Shown here piece by piece: positions 10,174-18,985 of a stretch of 64,000 bases of DNA. A program made the translations under genes and the position numbers. Origin of the DNA: Acidobacteriota bacterium (GTDB lineage Bacteria; Acidobacteriota; UBA6911; RPQK01; JAJDTT01); NCBI GenBank assembly GCA_965217775.1, contig CBDCJH010000002.1, forward strand, positions 1,824,001 to 1,888,000. The letters are read 5' to 3'. Every line of letters starts with the position of its first letter. Position 1 is the first letter of the stretch. The notes below the pieces were generated by a model that saw only the letters and a list, made by a program, of their open reading frames with translations, was not told the origin of the DNA and searched no databases.

Positions 10174-11172
10174 CTACCGGAACGAAGAGTGCGTCTTTGA
10201 GACGGCGGAATCGGAACCCCGGGAGTTGGAAGAGCGAATCGAGGGAAAGGGGCTGGACCATCCCGCCCGGAGAAAGCAGTCCCGGGCCTGTTGCTGCAGC
10301 CACTCGGTCACGTTTCGGTGGGGGAGCAGACCCTTTCCGTCAGCCCGGTAGTCCAATCCCTGGAGAACCTCATCATAGGGCCCGAATCCGAAGACTCGGA
10401 ACGGGACCACCAGCACTCGTCCCTGCCGGCTCTGTTTCGAGACGAAACCCCGGATCCTCTCCTCGGCCACCCTGCGCTTGGCTTCCCAGTCTTCTCTCAA
10501 GGTTTCGACCCGAACCGCCCGAAACCGCCCCAGGACCCTCAGCCCCTGGGTCAGGCTCTCAATCCGGTCCTTCCAGTACCGGTCACGGGCGTCGGATTCG
10601 ACTCCGTGTCCGATGACGAGCACCGACTCGGCCGCCGGAGATTCGCTCAATGCCCGGACCCGGTCCAACAGCACACCCCCGGCCAGCCGTGAGTCCAGCA
10701 GACCCGCAACGCTCAGGACAACCTGGGAATCCAACTCGATAGGAGGGGGGATCTCCGCGCCTCTCAGCAACCGGACCGCATCGCGGGACATCGCCTGATG
10801 GTGATGTTCGGAATCGTGGTGCAGGAAGAACGGCGGAGGCTCGCCCCTCACACCCAGCAGGTATTCGGTCTGGGACAGAAAGGATCTGCCGTCCACGAAG
10901 AGCCGGACCACCGCTATCTTTCGGACACCCTGCTCCTCAAGCCGCAGAATGCCCTTTCGCAATGGCTCCCGTTGCGCCATTCCGTAGGCCACAACCACCG
11001 GACATATCTTCTCCAGTGGCGCCACGGCCTCCTTGACGGCCCGGTTCCATTGCTCGTCGCCCCCGTGAGCCATGATCAGCAGACCGACCTCGTGGGAGCC
11101 GCCTGTCGCCCCCTTGGACCAGACGGTCCCAACTCCCATCAACAAAACGCCGATCCACACCCGCCGCCTCAT
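10174..11172 (-). CDS. Exported CbiX/SirB-like chelatase-fold protein
   Basis: Signal peptide MRRRVWIGVLL; two domains with MAHGG and IGHG motifs; His-rich linker HHDSEHHH. Confidence 0.7.
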   Translation of the reverse strand: MRRRVWIGVLLMGVGTVWSKGATGGSHEVGLLIMAHGGDEQWNRAVKEAVAPLEKICPVVVAYGMAQREPLRKGILRLEEQGVRKIAVVRLFVDGRSFLSQTEYLLGVRGEPPPFFLHHDSEHHHQAMSRDAVRLLRGAEIPPPIELDSQVVLSVAGLLDSRLAGGVLLDRVRALSESPAAESVLVIGHGVESDARDRYWKDRIESLTQGLRVLGRFRAVRVETLREDWEAKRRVAEERIRGFVSKQSRQGRVLVVPFRVFGFGPYDEVLQGLDYRADGKGLLPHRNVTEWLQQQARDCFLRAGWSSPFPSIRSSNSRGSDSAVSKTHSSFR

Positions 11173-11431
11173 GGCCACACCCGCCGTCCACTTGAGCCGT
11201 CTGTGGCAGGCATTCGGGACAGAAACCGAATCCATCGAACCGTATCCTCTCCAGTCGTTTTATCGGGGCGTCATCATGGAACAGAACCCTTCCGAGTTCA
11301 AACTTTCCGGGAAAGCGGTGGGAGTCTCTCCGGCACCTCGTACCGGTCCCGGCGCCAGTCCTCCAACCCGCATTTTTCGGCACGCGACCAGCGTAGCCGA
11401 CGACGCCGATTCTATCTTCACCCGCCTGCCG

Positions 11432-11446
11432 CTTCTATAATAGAAG
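11432..11446. promoter_or_regulatory. Palindromic operator-like site containing TATAAT between divergent genes
   Basis: CTTCTAT-A-ATAGAAG, a perfect AT-rich inverted repeat in a GC-rich context. Confidence 0.4.
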
Positions 11447-11504
11447 TCTCCTGCGAAGAACCTGCCGGGCGGGTCTCCCGGTGCAAAATGGGGTGAAGAG
11501 AACG

Positions 11505-11876
11505 GTGCCGATCATTCGTCTGAAGCTACTGATTCGGGACGACACAGAACGTATCCGCCAGGAGACGTTGCAGGCGTTGGCCGACGAGCTCGGTAGATAC
11601 TTCGGGTCGAGCCCGGCGGGGACGTGGGTTGAAGCCGACTACCTACCGGCCGAACAGTACGCGGAAAACCTGTGCGAGCTTGCCGAGGATGTGAAACCCA
11701 CCCTGGTTTACGTATTGAGACACCACCTGCCGCACGAAGAGGAACTCGCGCGGGAAGCCAAGGAGCTTGCCCGAATAATCGCCATGCGACTGCAGCGGCC
11801 CCGAAGCTACACACACGTCATCTACGAGCCGGCCGGCAAGGGACGCGTTGCCTTTGGCGGCACCCTGGTCAGGTGA
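11505..11876 (+). CDS. Tautomerase superfamily protein (Pro-1)
   Basis: In-frame GTG-CCG start gives (M)PIIRLKL; about 123 aa; ends GRVAFGG. Confidence 0.65.
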   Translation: MPIIRLKLLIRDDTERIRQETLQALADELGRYFGSSPAGTWVEADYLPAEQYAENLCELAEDVKPTLVYVLRHHLPHEEELAREAKELARIIAMRLQRPRSYTHVIYEPAGKGRVAFGGTLVR

Positions 11877-11963
11877 TCTCTGCACTCGCATACTTCATTG
11901 CTTGATATCAGGCTTCCTTGCTATAGTGACGGCCTCAACGGGTCCAGTACAAGGAGCACGGAA

Positions 11964-12329
11964 ATGACCTACATAGTGACCGAACGATGCGTTGACAACC
12001 GATACACCGACTGTGTCGCCGACTGTCCAGTCGACTGCTTCTACGAGATTGAAGATCCTCACATGCTGATCATCAATCCGGACGAGTGCATCGACTGCGA
12101 CGCCTGCGTCTCGTTGTGCCCGGTCAACGCCATCTACCCCGAGTCCGAGGTGCCGGAAGAGTACGACGAGTGGATCGACATGAATGACGAGGAACTCTGC
12201 ACCGACGACAATCGGGTCACCGACACCGACGGGCCGCTGGACTCGGCCATCACCATCGAAGAGGTGAAAGAAAGGGAGGAAGAGGATTTCGGCGAGGCAG
12301 TGGAGGATCCATCCAGCGCCGCACACTGA
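11964..12329 (+). CDS. fdxA: 7Fe ferredoxin (FdxA type) with acidic tail
   Basis: MTYIVTERC..YTDCVADCPVDCFYE...INPDECIDCDACVSLCPVNAI; RBS AGGAG upstream of ATG 11964. Confidence 0.88.
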   Translation: MTYIVTERCVDNRYTDCVADCPVDCFYEIEDPHMLIINPDECIDCDACVSLCPVNAIYPESEVPEEYDEWIDMNDEELCTDDNRVTDTDGPLDSAITIEEVKEREEEDFGEAVEDPSSAAH

Positions 12330-12634
12330 ATGCTTCCCCTCTCTGCTTGAGGGTCGATCCCGGCTTCCCGGATCCGGACCGCCTATTGTCTGAGGTTCCC
12401 CGGGTTCGGGAGGAGGACATTCGAGGAGAATTCGGAGCGGGACCACATCCGCTTGCATTTCCCGTCCCAGATCGAGTCTTTTCCAGGCGGCGCGCCGGCT
12501 TTCGCGGCCCCACATGGGGGTGGAATGCGGAAGCTGCCTCCAGTATCCGGCGTTGGACATCCTGGTTTCCCCTTGCAGATCCTCTGTCCCTTCCCTGCGT
12601 TCGGTCCAACTCTTTCCCGGAGGTGCAACCCTGA

Positions 12635-12794
12635 CAGCCCGTGGCAAAAGTCGTCACGGCATTCGACCGGGTCTGCATCGTGCGCGGACTGCGTTGCTCC
12701 TCGGTCACATACTCCCGGTATGCTCCCTCAGAGTGCCTTGTCCGGCGGACGCAGCCCCGGTCTCGGTGCTGCGTGAGACTTTCACCACGGACTG
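12635..12794. mobile_element. MITE family A copy (IS1182-like ends)
   Basis: TIRs CAGCCCGTGGCAAAAGTC and GACTTTCACCACGGACTG; flanks CTGA/TTGA; homologous to 38287 and 63689. Confidence 0.85.
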
Positions 12795-12862
12795 TTGAGG
12801 TCCGGTCGTAGTAGACTGGGCGAACAGCGCGCCCGAACCGGCTGACAGGAGACACCTAAGCG

Positions 12863-13675
12863 ATGAAACGGAACAAGCTGAGAGAGGCGCTGAAGGCCGG
12901 GAGACCCACCGTAGGGACCCACATCCAGAGTTCGTGGCCATCGGTGACGGAAATCATCGGGCACACGGGTGTCTTCGACTACATCGAATTCGTGGCGGAG
13001 TACGCCCCATTCGACCTCTTCTCCCTGGAAAACGTGTGCCGGGCAGCAGAGTTGGTGGGACTTTCCACCATGATCAAGCTGGACCAGGAGCCCAGGCGCT
13101 TCCTGGCTCAACGTTCCATCGGAGCCGGTTTCGACAGCGTCCTGTTCGCCGACTGCCGGAATCCGGACGACGTACGAGAGTGCGTTCGGGCGGTGAAGCC
13201 GGAAACTCCCGCCGCCGGCGGCTACCACGGGGTCGGGGTGCGGAGAAGCAGCTACGTGCATGGTTCCGGACAGCCGGATTACGCTCAGCAGTTGGACGAC
13301 GTGGTGATCGCGTTCATGATCGAGAAGAGTTCCGCGGTCGACGCCCTCGACGAGATCCTGGCCCTGGGAGGGGTGGACATGATCCAGTGGGGTCCCGCCG
13401 ATTACGCCCTGAGCATCGGCCGTCCCGGTGAATTTCATGCTCCCGACGTTCGCGAGACCGAGCGCCGGGTCATCGCCACCTGCCTCGCCGCGGGGGTCCC
13501 GCCCCGAGCGGAGATCGAGAGCGTGGACAGGGCCAAGTACTACCTGGATCTGGGGGTTCGCCACTTCTGCCTGGGCACCGACATCATGATTCTGTATCAG
13601 TTTCTGAGAGACCAGGGAGAGAAGCTGCAGGACGAGCTGGGAGAGACGCTCGGGGAACCGCTGGCGGGGAGTTGA
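12863..13675 (+). CDS. HpcH/HpaI aldolase family protein
   Basis: FDYIEFVAEY, FMIEKSSAVDALDEIL, DMIQWGPADYALSIG. Confidence 0.88.
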   Translation: MKRNKLREALKAGRPTVGTHIQSSWPSVTEIIGHTGVFDYIEFVAEYAPFDLFSLENVCRAAELVGLSTMIKLDQEPRRFLAQRSIGAGFDSVLFADCRNPDDVRECVRAVKPETPAAGGYHGVGVRRSSYVHGSGQPDYAQQLDDVVIAFMIEKSSAVDALDEILALGGVDMIQWGPADYALSIGRPGEFHAPDVRETERRVIATCLAAGVPPRAEIESVDRAKYYLDLGVRHFCLGTDIMILYQFLRDQGEKLQDELGETLGEPLAGS

Positions 13676-13753
13676 CCCTCCCTGCGACGGTGTCGGCCCC
13701 GGATTTGGGGACGAGGTGAAAGGCTGGCCGTTACAGACTCACGGGAGGAGACA

Positions 13754-14827
13754 ATGCATCGATCCACATCCGTAACTCCAAGTCGCCGGTTCTCATGGGC
13801 CCTGACCACCACTCTCCTCGCCGGCCTATGGGGATGCGCCCCGGCCCCCCCACCGGCCGAGGAACCGGCCCCGCAGTGGCCTGAATTGGCCGGCTACGAG
13901 GCCATGTCCATACCCGAGGGCAACGCCATGACGGTCGCCAAGATCGAATTGGGGAAACAGCTCTACTACGATCCCCGGCTCAGCGGAGACGGAGTTCGCT
14001 CCTGTTACGGCTGCCACCTGAACGAACACGGCCTGACCGACGGCAAGCCCCTCGCCATCGGGGCTTTCGACAAGACCCTGACCCGGTCCAGCCCGACGCT
14101 GTGGAACATCGGATACCATTCCGAGCTCTACTGGGACGGACGCACCAAAGGCCTGGAAGCCCAGGTGAAGGGTGCCTGGCGCGGTGGAAACATGGGCGCC
14201 TCGGGTAAGGACGGCGCTCCCAGCATGGACGACGTCTGTGCCAAGCTGGACGAGATCTCCGGTTACAAGGAGCAATTTCAGGCAATCTTCGGCGGCGAAG
14301 CCAATCCCGACCGCGTCGCCCAGGCGGTGGCGTCGTTCATGCGGACCATCGTCGCCGTGGGTTCTCCCTGGGTTCGTTTCCGGGAAGGCGACGAGTCGGC
14401 CCTGAGTGAAGCGGCCCGCCGCGGCTACACCATTTTCAGCGAGAAGGCCAAGTGCACCAACTGCCACGACGGCCTGCTGCTGACCGATCTCCAGTACCAC
14501 AACGTGGGCATCGGAATGGACGCCGAATCCCCGGACATCGGCCGGGCCAAGGTCTCCGGAGACGAAAAGGACACCGGCGCCTTCAAGACACCCACGCTTC
14601 TGGACATCGCGGAATCGGCGCCCTATTTCCACGATGGGAGCGCCGCGACCCTGGAAGATGCGGTTCAGGTGATGCTCGACGGGGGAAAGCCCAATCAGTG
14701 GCTTGACGAGGAAAACATTCGGGAAACCAAGGAAGCCGAGCTGACCGAAGAGGAAGTGGCCGACCTCCTGGCCTTCCTGCGCGAGCTCAACGTCGACTAC
14801 GACGTCAGCCCGCCGGAGCTGCCTTGA
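13754..14827 (+). CDS. Di-haem cytochrome c peroxidase/MauG family lipoprotein
   Basis: Lipobox LWGC; haem motifs CYGCH and CTNCH; LYYDPRLS, WDGR, FKTPTL, PYFHDGS. Confidence 0.92.
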   Translation: MHRSTSVTPSRRFSWALTTTLLAGLWGCAPAPPPAEEPAPQWPELAGYEAMSIPEGNAMTVAKIELGKQLYYDPRLSGDGVRSCYGCHLNEHGLTDGKPLAIGAFDKTLTRSSPTLWNIGYHSELYWDGRTKGLEAQVKGAWRGGNMGASGKDGAPSMDDVCAKLDEISGYKEQFQAIFGGEANPDRVAQAVASFMRTIVAVGSPWVRFREGDESALSEAARRGYTIFSEKAKCTNCHDGLLLTDLQYHNVGIGMDAESPDIGRAKVSGDEKDTGAFKTPTLLDIAESAPYFHDGSAATLEDAVQVMLDGGKPNQWLDEENIRETKEAELTEEEVADLLAFLRELNVDYDVSPPELP

Positions 14828-15602
14828 CCGAACTGTCGAGCAGGCAATCGTCGTCTTCCGGAACGATGGGTGTGAAATCCCGGTGGGCGATCCATTCGGG
14901 CCGTTTGAACCTGCGGATGTGGTTGCTCACTTCACAGAGGCTCAGATAGACGATCGTCCGGTTCCAGGGGCTGATGTTGGACGGACTGGCGTGGACCAGA
15001 TTTCCGTGAAACATGATGACGGATCCGGGCGGTCCCAGCGGGACCTCGATTCCTCCCTCGTCGGCCAACCGGGTGATGGTCGCCCGATCCAGGGTCCAGA
15101 GCGGGTAGCTCGTACTCTCCAGATCGTGTCCCGCCTGCAGGACACCCAGCTTGTGACTTCCGGGAATGAACATGAGGGGGCCGTTGGCCGCCGTGACCGG
15201 GTCCAGAAAGACGGCGATGTTCATGGCCCGCGCCTCCGGCATGTGATCGTCCCGCCTCCAGGTTCCGTAGTCCTGATGCCATTGCCAGACCTCGCCGTCG
15301 AAGGCGGCCTTGGCGTTCACCTTGAATTGGTGCATGTACACCGGACCGCCCAGGATCTGCATGACCGGCTCGATGAGCCGCGGATGGGCGCCCAGCAGGC
15401 GAAACGGCTCGCTGTAGATGTGGGCGGCGAAGGCCGTCCGGGCGGCGCCGCTGCTCTCCCGCCAGACCTCCGGCCGGTCCAGCTTGTAGATCCGGCGCGC
15501 CTCCGCCCGCAACGGCGCAACCTCCTCCTTCTGGAATCGGCCGGGCAGAAAGAGGTACCCGTCCTGGCGGAACGTTTCCAACTGCGCGGCAGCGAGTTTC
15601 AT
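14805..15602 (-). CDS. PhyH-family Fe(II)/2OG dioxygenase (ectoine/proline hydroxylase-like)
   Basis: HQFKVNAK, WHQDYGTW, IPGSH, distal His in NLVHAS; start could be 15620. Confidence 0.88.
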   Translation of the reverse strand: MKLAAAQLETFRQDGYLFLPGRFQKEEVAPLRAEARRIYKLDRPEVWRESSGAARTAFAAHIYSEPFRLLGAHPRLIEPVMQILGGPVYMHQFKVNAKAAFDGEVWQWHQDYGTWRRDDHMPEARAMNIAVFLDPVTAANGPLMFIPGSHKLGVLQAGHDLESTSYPLWTLDRATITRLADEGGIEVPLGPPGSVIMFHGNLVHASPSNISPWNRTIVYLSLCEVSNHIRRFKRPEWIAHRDFTPIVPEDDDCLLDSSVKAAPAG

Positions 15603-15733
15603 TTCGGTGAAATCTACCACAGATCCCGGGGAACCGGCACGGCGCGCGGAGGCCGGGCAGGTCGAGCGCCGTCAGGCGCCGTCGGCGTTCCGGACCGGAC
15701 CGGGAACAGCCCAGGCTGACTGCAGGAGGACTT

Positions 15734-17413
15734 ATCTCCAAACATCCCATCAGTGGAAATGTCCAAGGCATCCGAGCCTCGCAACGGCGGATGCTGGAGC
15801 GCACCTATCGCCGCCGCGTGCCGCCCCGGCAAGCCATAACTCCCGAACTGGCTCGACATTTGACGTCTGCATCACACGACCTGGGCCGCGAAGTCGGGGT
15901 CCTGATCGGCCGCGACGGCATCGTGCGAAACGTGATCGTCGGCAACGCCCGCGGACTCATGCTGCCGGACATCGGCCGTCTCCGGGGCGGGACCGGACGA
16001 TTTCGCGGACTGCGGCTACTGCACACGCGCCTCCGGGGTTCGGCCCTCACCCACGACGACCTGAACGACCTGGTCCTGCTTCGTCTCGATCTGGTGGCCG
16101 TCATCGAGGTGTTGGAAGGGGGTTGGCCGGGAAGGCTGGAAGCCGCCTATCTCGATCCCGCGTCCCTGGCCGGCAGTGGCAACGGCGACTCAGCGGCCGA
16201 ACCCTTCCTGCGAATCCGATCCCGTTCGGTCCATGACCTGGACCTGGATTTCCAGGCCACGATCCAGGCGCTGGAGCGGGAGTTCGCCCGCCTGGCCCGA
16301 AGGACCCGGGGACCGAAAGGCGCCGAGCGGGTCATGGTCGTCGGCCTCCGGCCCGAGGACGCCCATTATGCCGAGACTCTGGAACTGGTCCGTTCCGCCG
16401 GCGCCACCATTGCCGGACGGATGCGCCAACGCCGGCCCAGGATCCATCCGCGCACCGTCCTGGGCAAGGGCAAGCTGGAGGAGCTGGTCCTGGAGAGCAT
16501 GCGCTGCAACGCCACCGCGGCCGTCTTCGACATCGATCTGAAGCCGGCGCAGGCCCGGGCGTTCGAAGACCGGACCGGCCTCAAGGCGGTGGACCGGACC
16601 CAATTGATCCTGGACATCTTCGCCCAGCGAGCCCGCAGCGCCGACGGCAAGCTTCAAGTCGAACTGGCTCAACTGAAGTATTCGTTGCCCCGCTTGACCG
16701 AGAAGGACGAGGGGTTGTCCCGTCTCACCGGCGGCATCGGGGGACGAGGACCGGGCGAAACGGTCATGGAAATCGGCCGGCGCCGGATTCGAACGCGAAT
16801 CCGGCGGCTGGAGAAGCGGGTCGAACACCTCTCGCGTCAGCGCGAGCTCCGGCGCAGGCGGCGGCGCCGTCAGGGGCTTCCCGTGCTTTCCATCATCGGC
16901 TACACCAACGCCGGCAAGAGCACTCTTCTCAACGCCCTGACCAACAGTGTCGTCGAGGCCCGGGACAAGCTCTTCATGACCCTCGACCCCACCAGCCGGC
17001 GTCTTCGTTTCCCCCGCGAGGGAGAGGTGCTCATCACCGACACGGTCGGATTCATCGCCGAGCTGCCTCCGGACCTGATCTCCGCCTTCCGGGCGACACT
17101 GGAAGAGCTGTTGGAGGCCAACCTCCTGCTGCACGTCATCGATGCCGCGGACCCGGAGTTGGACGACAGGATCCGGGCGGTGGAGATGCTGCTGGTCGAC
17201 CTGGGTCTGAACCGGATCCCGCTGGTGAAGGTGCTCAACAAGATCGATCTGTTGCCCCCGGAACAGGTGAAGGCCCTCTGCGGCCGGCTCGGTGGACTGG
17301 CGGTGAGCGCAACTCGACGCGAGGGGCTGGCGAAATTGGTGAAGACCGCGGAGGACCGGTTGTCCCTGCCCAAAGCTCCACGGACGGATCCTATCTCGAC
17401 AATGCCGATTTAA
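15734..17413 (+). CDS. hflX: GTPase HflX (long form)
   Basis: GKLQVELAQL, GIGGRGPGET, GYTNAGKS, DTVGFI, NKID. Start placed at in-frame ATC 15734 after AGGAGG; the track uses ATG 15791. Confidence 0.93.
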   Translation: MSKHPISGNVQGIRASQRRMLERTYRRRVPPRQAITPELARHLTSASHDLGREVGVLIGRDGIVRNVIVGNARGLMLPDIGRLRGGTGRFRGLRLLHTRLRGSALTHDDLNDLVLLRLDLVAVIEVLEGGWPGRLEAAYLDPASLAGSGNGDSAAEPFLRIRSRSVHDLDLDFQATIQALEREFARLARRTRGPKGAERVMVVGLRPEDAHYAETLELVRSAGATIAGRMRQRRPRIHPRTVLGKGKLEELVLESMRCNATAAVFDIDLKPAQARAFEDRTGLKAVDRTQLILDIFAQRARSADGKLQVELAQLKYSLPRLTEKDEGLSRLTGGIGGRGPGETVMEIGRRRIRTRIRRLEKRVEHLSRQRELRRRRRRRQGLPVLSIIGYTNAGKSTLLNALTNSVVEARDKLFMTLDPTSRRLRFPREGEVLITDTVGFIAELPPDLISAFRATLEELLEANLLLHVIDAADPELDDRIRAVEMLLVDLGLNRIPLVKVLNKIDLLPPEQVKALCGRLGGLAVSATRREGLAKLVKTAEDRLSLPKAPRTDPISTMPI

Positions 17414-17656
17414 CCCGCATTTCTCACCAGGTCGCTACGCGTATTATGAAAAAGGACCTGTTTTTGCGCATTTAAGCGAATTTTCCCAAGGTTTCTCCGG
17501 GACAGACTGCGCTGGGCGCGCGCTCGCTGGTCTTTTCGCCCTCAGCGCGCACATGCTCCCTCAAGCGTAGTCACCACTACGCTCTCAGTCGCGAGCACGC
17601 GCTGAGGGCGAAAATCCTGCGCGATCGTCACGCCCCCTGGTGAGAAATGCGGGTTA
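17411..17656. mobile_element. MITE family B copy with nested hairpin insert
   Basis: TIR ACCCGCATTTCTCACCAGG...CCTGGTGAGAAATGCGGGT, TA on both sides; homologous to 24148-24283. Confidence 0.8.
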
Positions 17657-17682
17657 GCCGGCGGAGACCACAGGGAATCGAG

Positions 17683-18900
17683 TCACCGTAGCGGATTCTC
17701 GTACCAGACCACGTTCTGGCTGAGCCGGCCGGCCACGAGCAGGTCCAGGTCGCCGTCCCCATCCAGATCCACGGCGCGAATGTCGTAGGACTCCTGATCC
17801 CGATCCAGGACGTGGATCCGGAACCGGCCCGACCCGTCGTTTTCGTACCAGGCGGCCATCTTGGACCCGAAGGCGCAGGTCGCCGCATCCATGTCGCCGT
17901 CCCCATCCAGGTCGGCCACGGTCAGGGCGTGAGGTTCCCGGATCTCGGGATGGATCTCATGGACCTTCCAAAAGGGCGCTTCGAACCAGATCACACCCTG
18001 CGCATGCCCCCGAGAGGCCACGAAATCGACCCGGCCGTCTCCGTTGACGTCGGCCGGATGGATATTGGTGGCTCCGGGCTCGAGGCCTCCCAACCGGTGC
18101 CGTTTCCAGACCGCTTCCGGATCCTTCGGGGCTTCCCACCAGGCGAACCAGTTTCCCAGACCCGTCGTATCGGAAGGACCTCCCTTGGCGGCCGAGGCGA
18201 TGTCGGGTCGTCCGTCTCCGTTGACGTCTCCGAATCCCAGGTAGTGACTGAGTCCCGGCGCGTCCCGGTGGGCGAACACGAAACGATGCCAGGAAGCGGC
18301 CTGCTTCGGTTTTTCCGGAATCCGGTACCAGACCAGGGAATCGCGGAACGGCCCCATGGGCTGGGCGCTGGTGGCCAACAGGTCCAGGCGCCCGTCCCGA
18401 TCCACGTCACCGGTAAGGAGCCCATGAATGCCGTCGACCCGATCGTCGACCAGCCGCTCCTTCCAGGCATCGGTCTCGGGGTTCTCAGGCTGCTCCAACC
18501 AGGTGATCAGGCCCGGCTTGTAGCGGGCTCCGACCCAGTCCAGGTCACCGTCGCCGTCCACGTCCAAGGCCTCGCTGTGGATGAAGTTCCTCTCGTCCTC
18601 CGGCCCCAGAAGGATCTCCTTCCAATCGGGAGCCACCAGCAGGCGGGTCCGCCCGTCGCTGTTGGCGATGACGTCGGGTAGACCGTCTCCCGTGAAATCG
18701 CCGCCCACGGCGGTGTAGGCGTTGGCGCCGGAATAGACCTGATGCTTGCGCCATTTCCCTTCTCCGCCGGCGGCGCCCGAAACCGGATCCACGAACAGGG
18801 AAAGCGCCGCCATCGCGGCCACCGCGGGAAGGAAACGGGAGCAACAGAGTCTCGACGTCTCCATCAAAGAAGCCTGGTCTGGTTGAATCGACTGCATCAT
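17683..18900 (-). CDS. FG-GAP/VCBS repeat beta-propeller protein, secreted
   Basis: Seven DxxxDGxxD repeats and a signal-like segment; true start probably downstream of 18900. Confidence 0.85.
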   Translation of the reverse strand: MMQSIQPDQASLMETSRLCCSRFLPAVAAMAALSLFVDPVSGAAGGEGKWRKHQVYSGANAYTAVGGDFTGDGLPDVIANSDGRTRLLVAPDWKEILLGPEDERNFIHSEALDVDGDGDLDWVGARYKPGLITWLEQPENPETDAWKERLVDDRVDGIHGLLTGDVDRDGRLDLLATSAQPMGPFRDSLVWYRIPEKPKQAASWHRFVFAHRDAPGLSHYLGFGDVNGDGRPDIASAAKGGPSDTTGLGNWFAWWEAPKDPEAVWKRHRLGGLEPGATNIHPADVNGDGRVDFVASRGHAQGVIWFEAPFWKVHEIHPEIREPHALTVADLDGDGDMDAATCAFGSKMAAWYENDGSGRFRIHVLDRDQESYDIRAVDLDGDGDLDLLVAGRLSQNVVWYENPLR

Positions 18901-18985
18901 TCCTCCAGCGAGAATCGGAATTGCCGAACGCCTGGACCGGTAAGGATTCGCCTGCCGCGCGGGCTGAAGACCTCTCCGGGCAGAC

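Noticed and set aside
11240-11430. Cobalamin riboswitch upstream of the CbiX-like gene
   Set aside because: No recognisable B12-box or conserved core found by eye.
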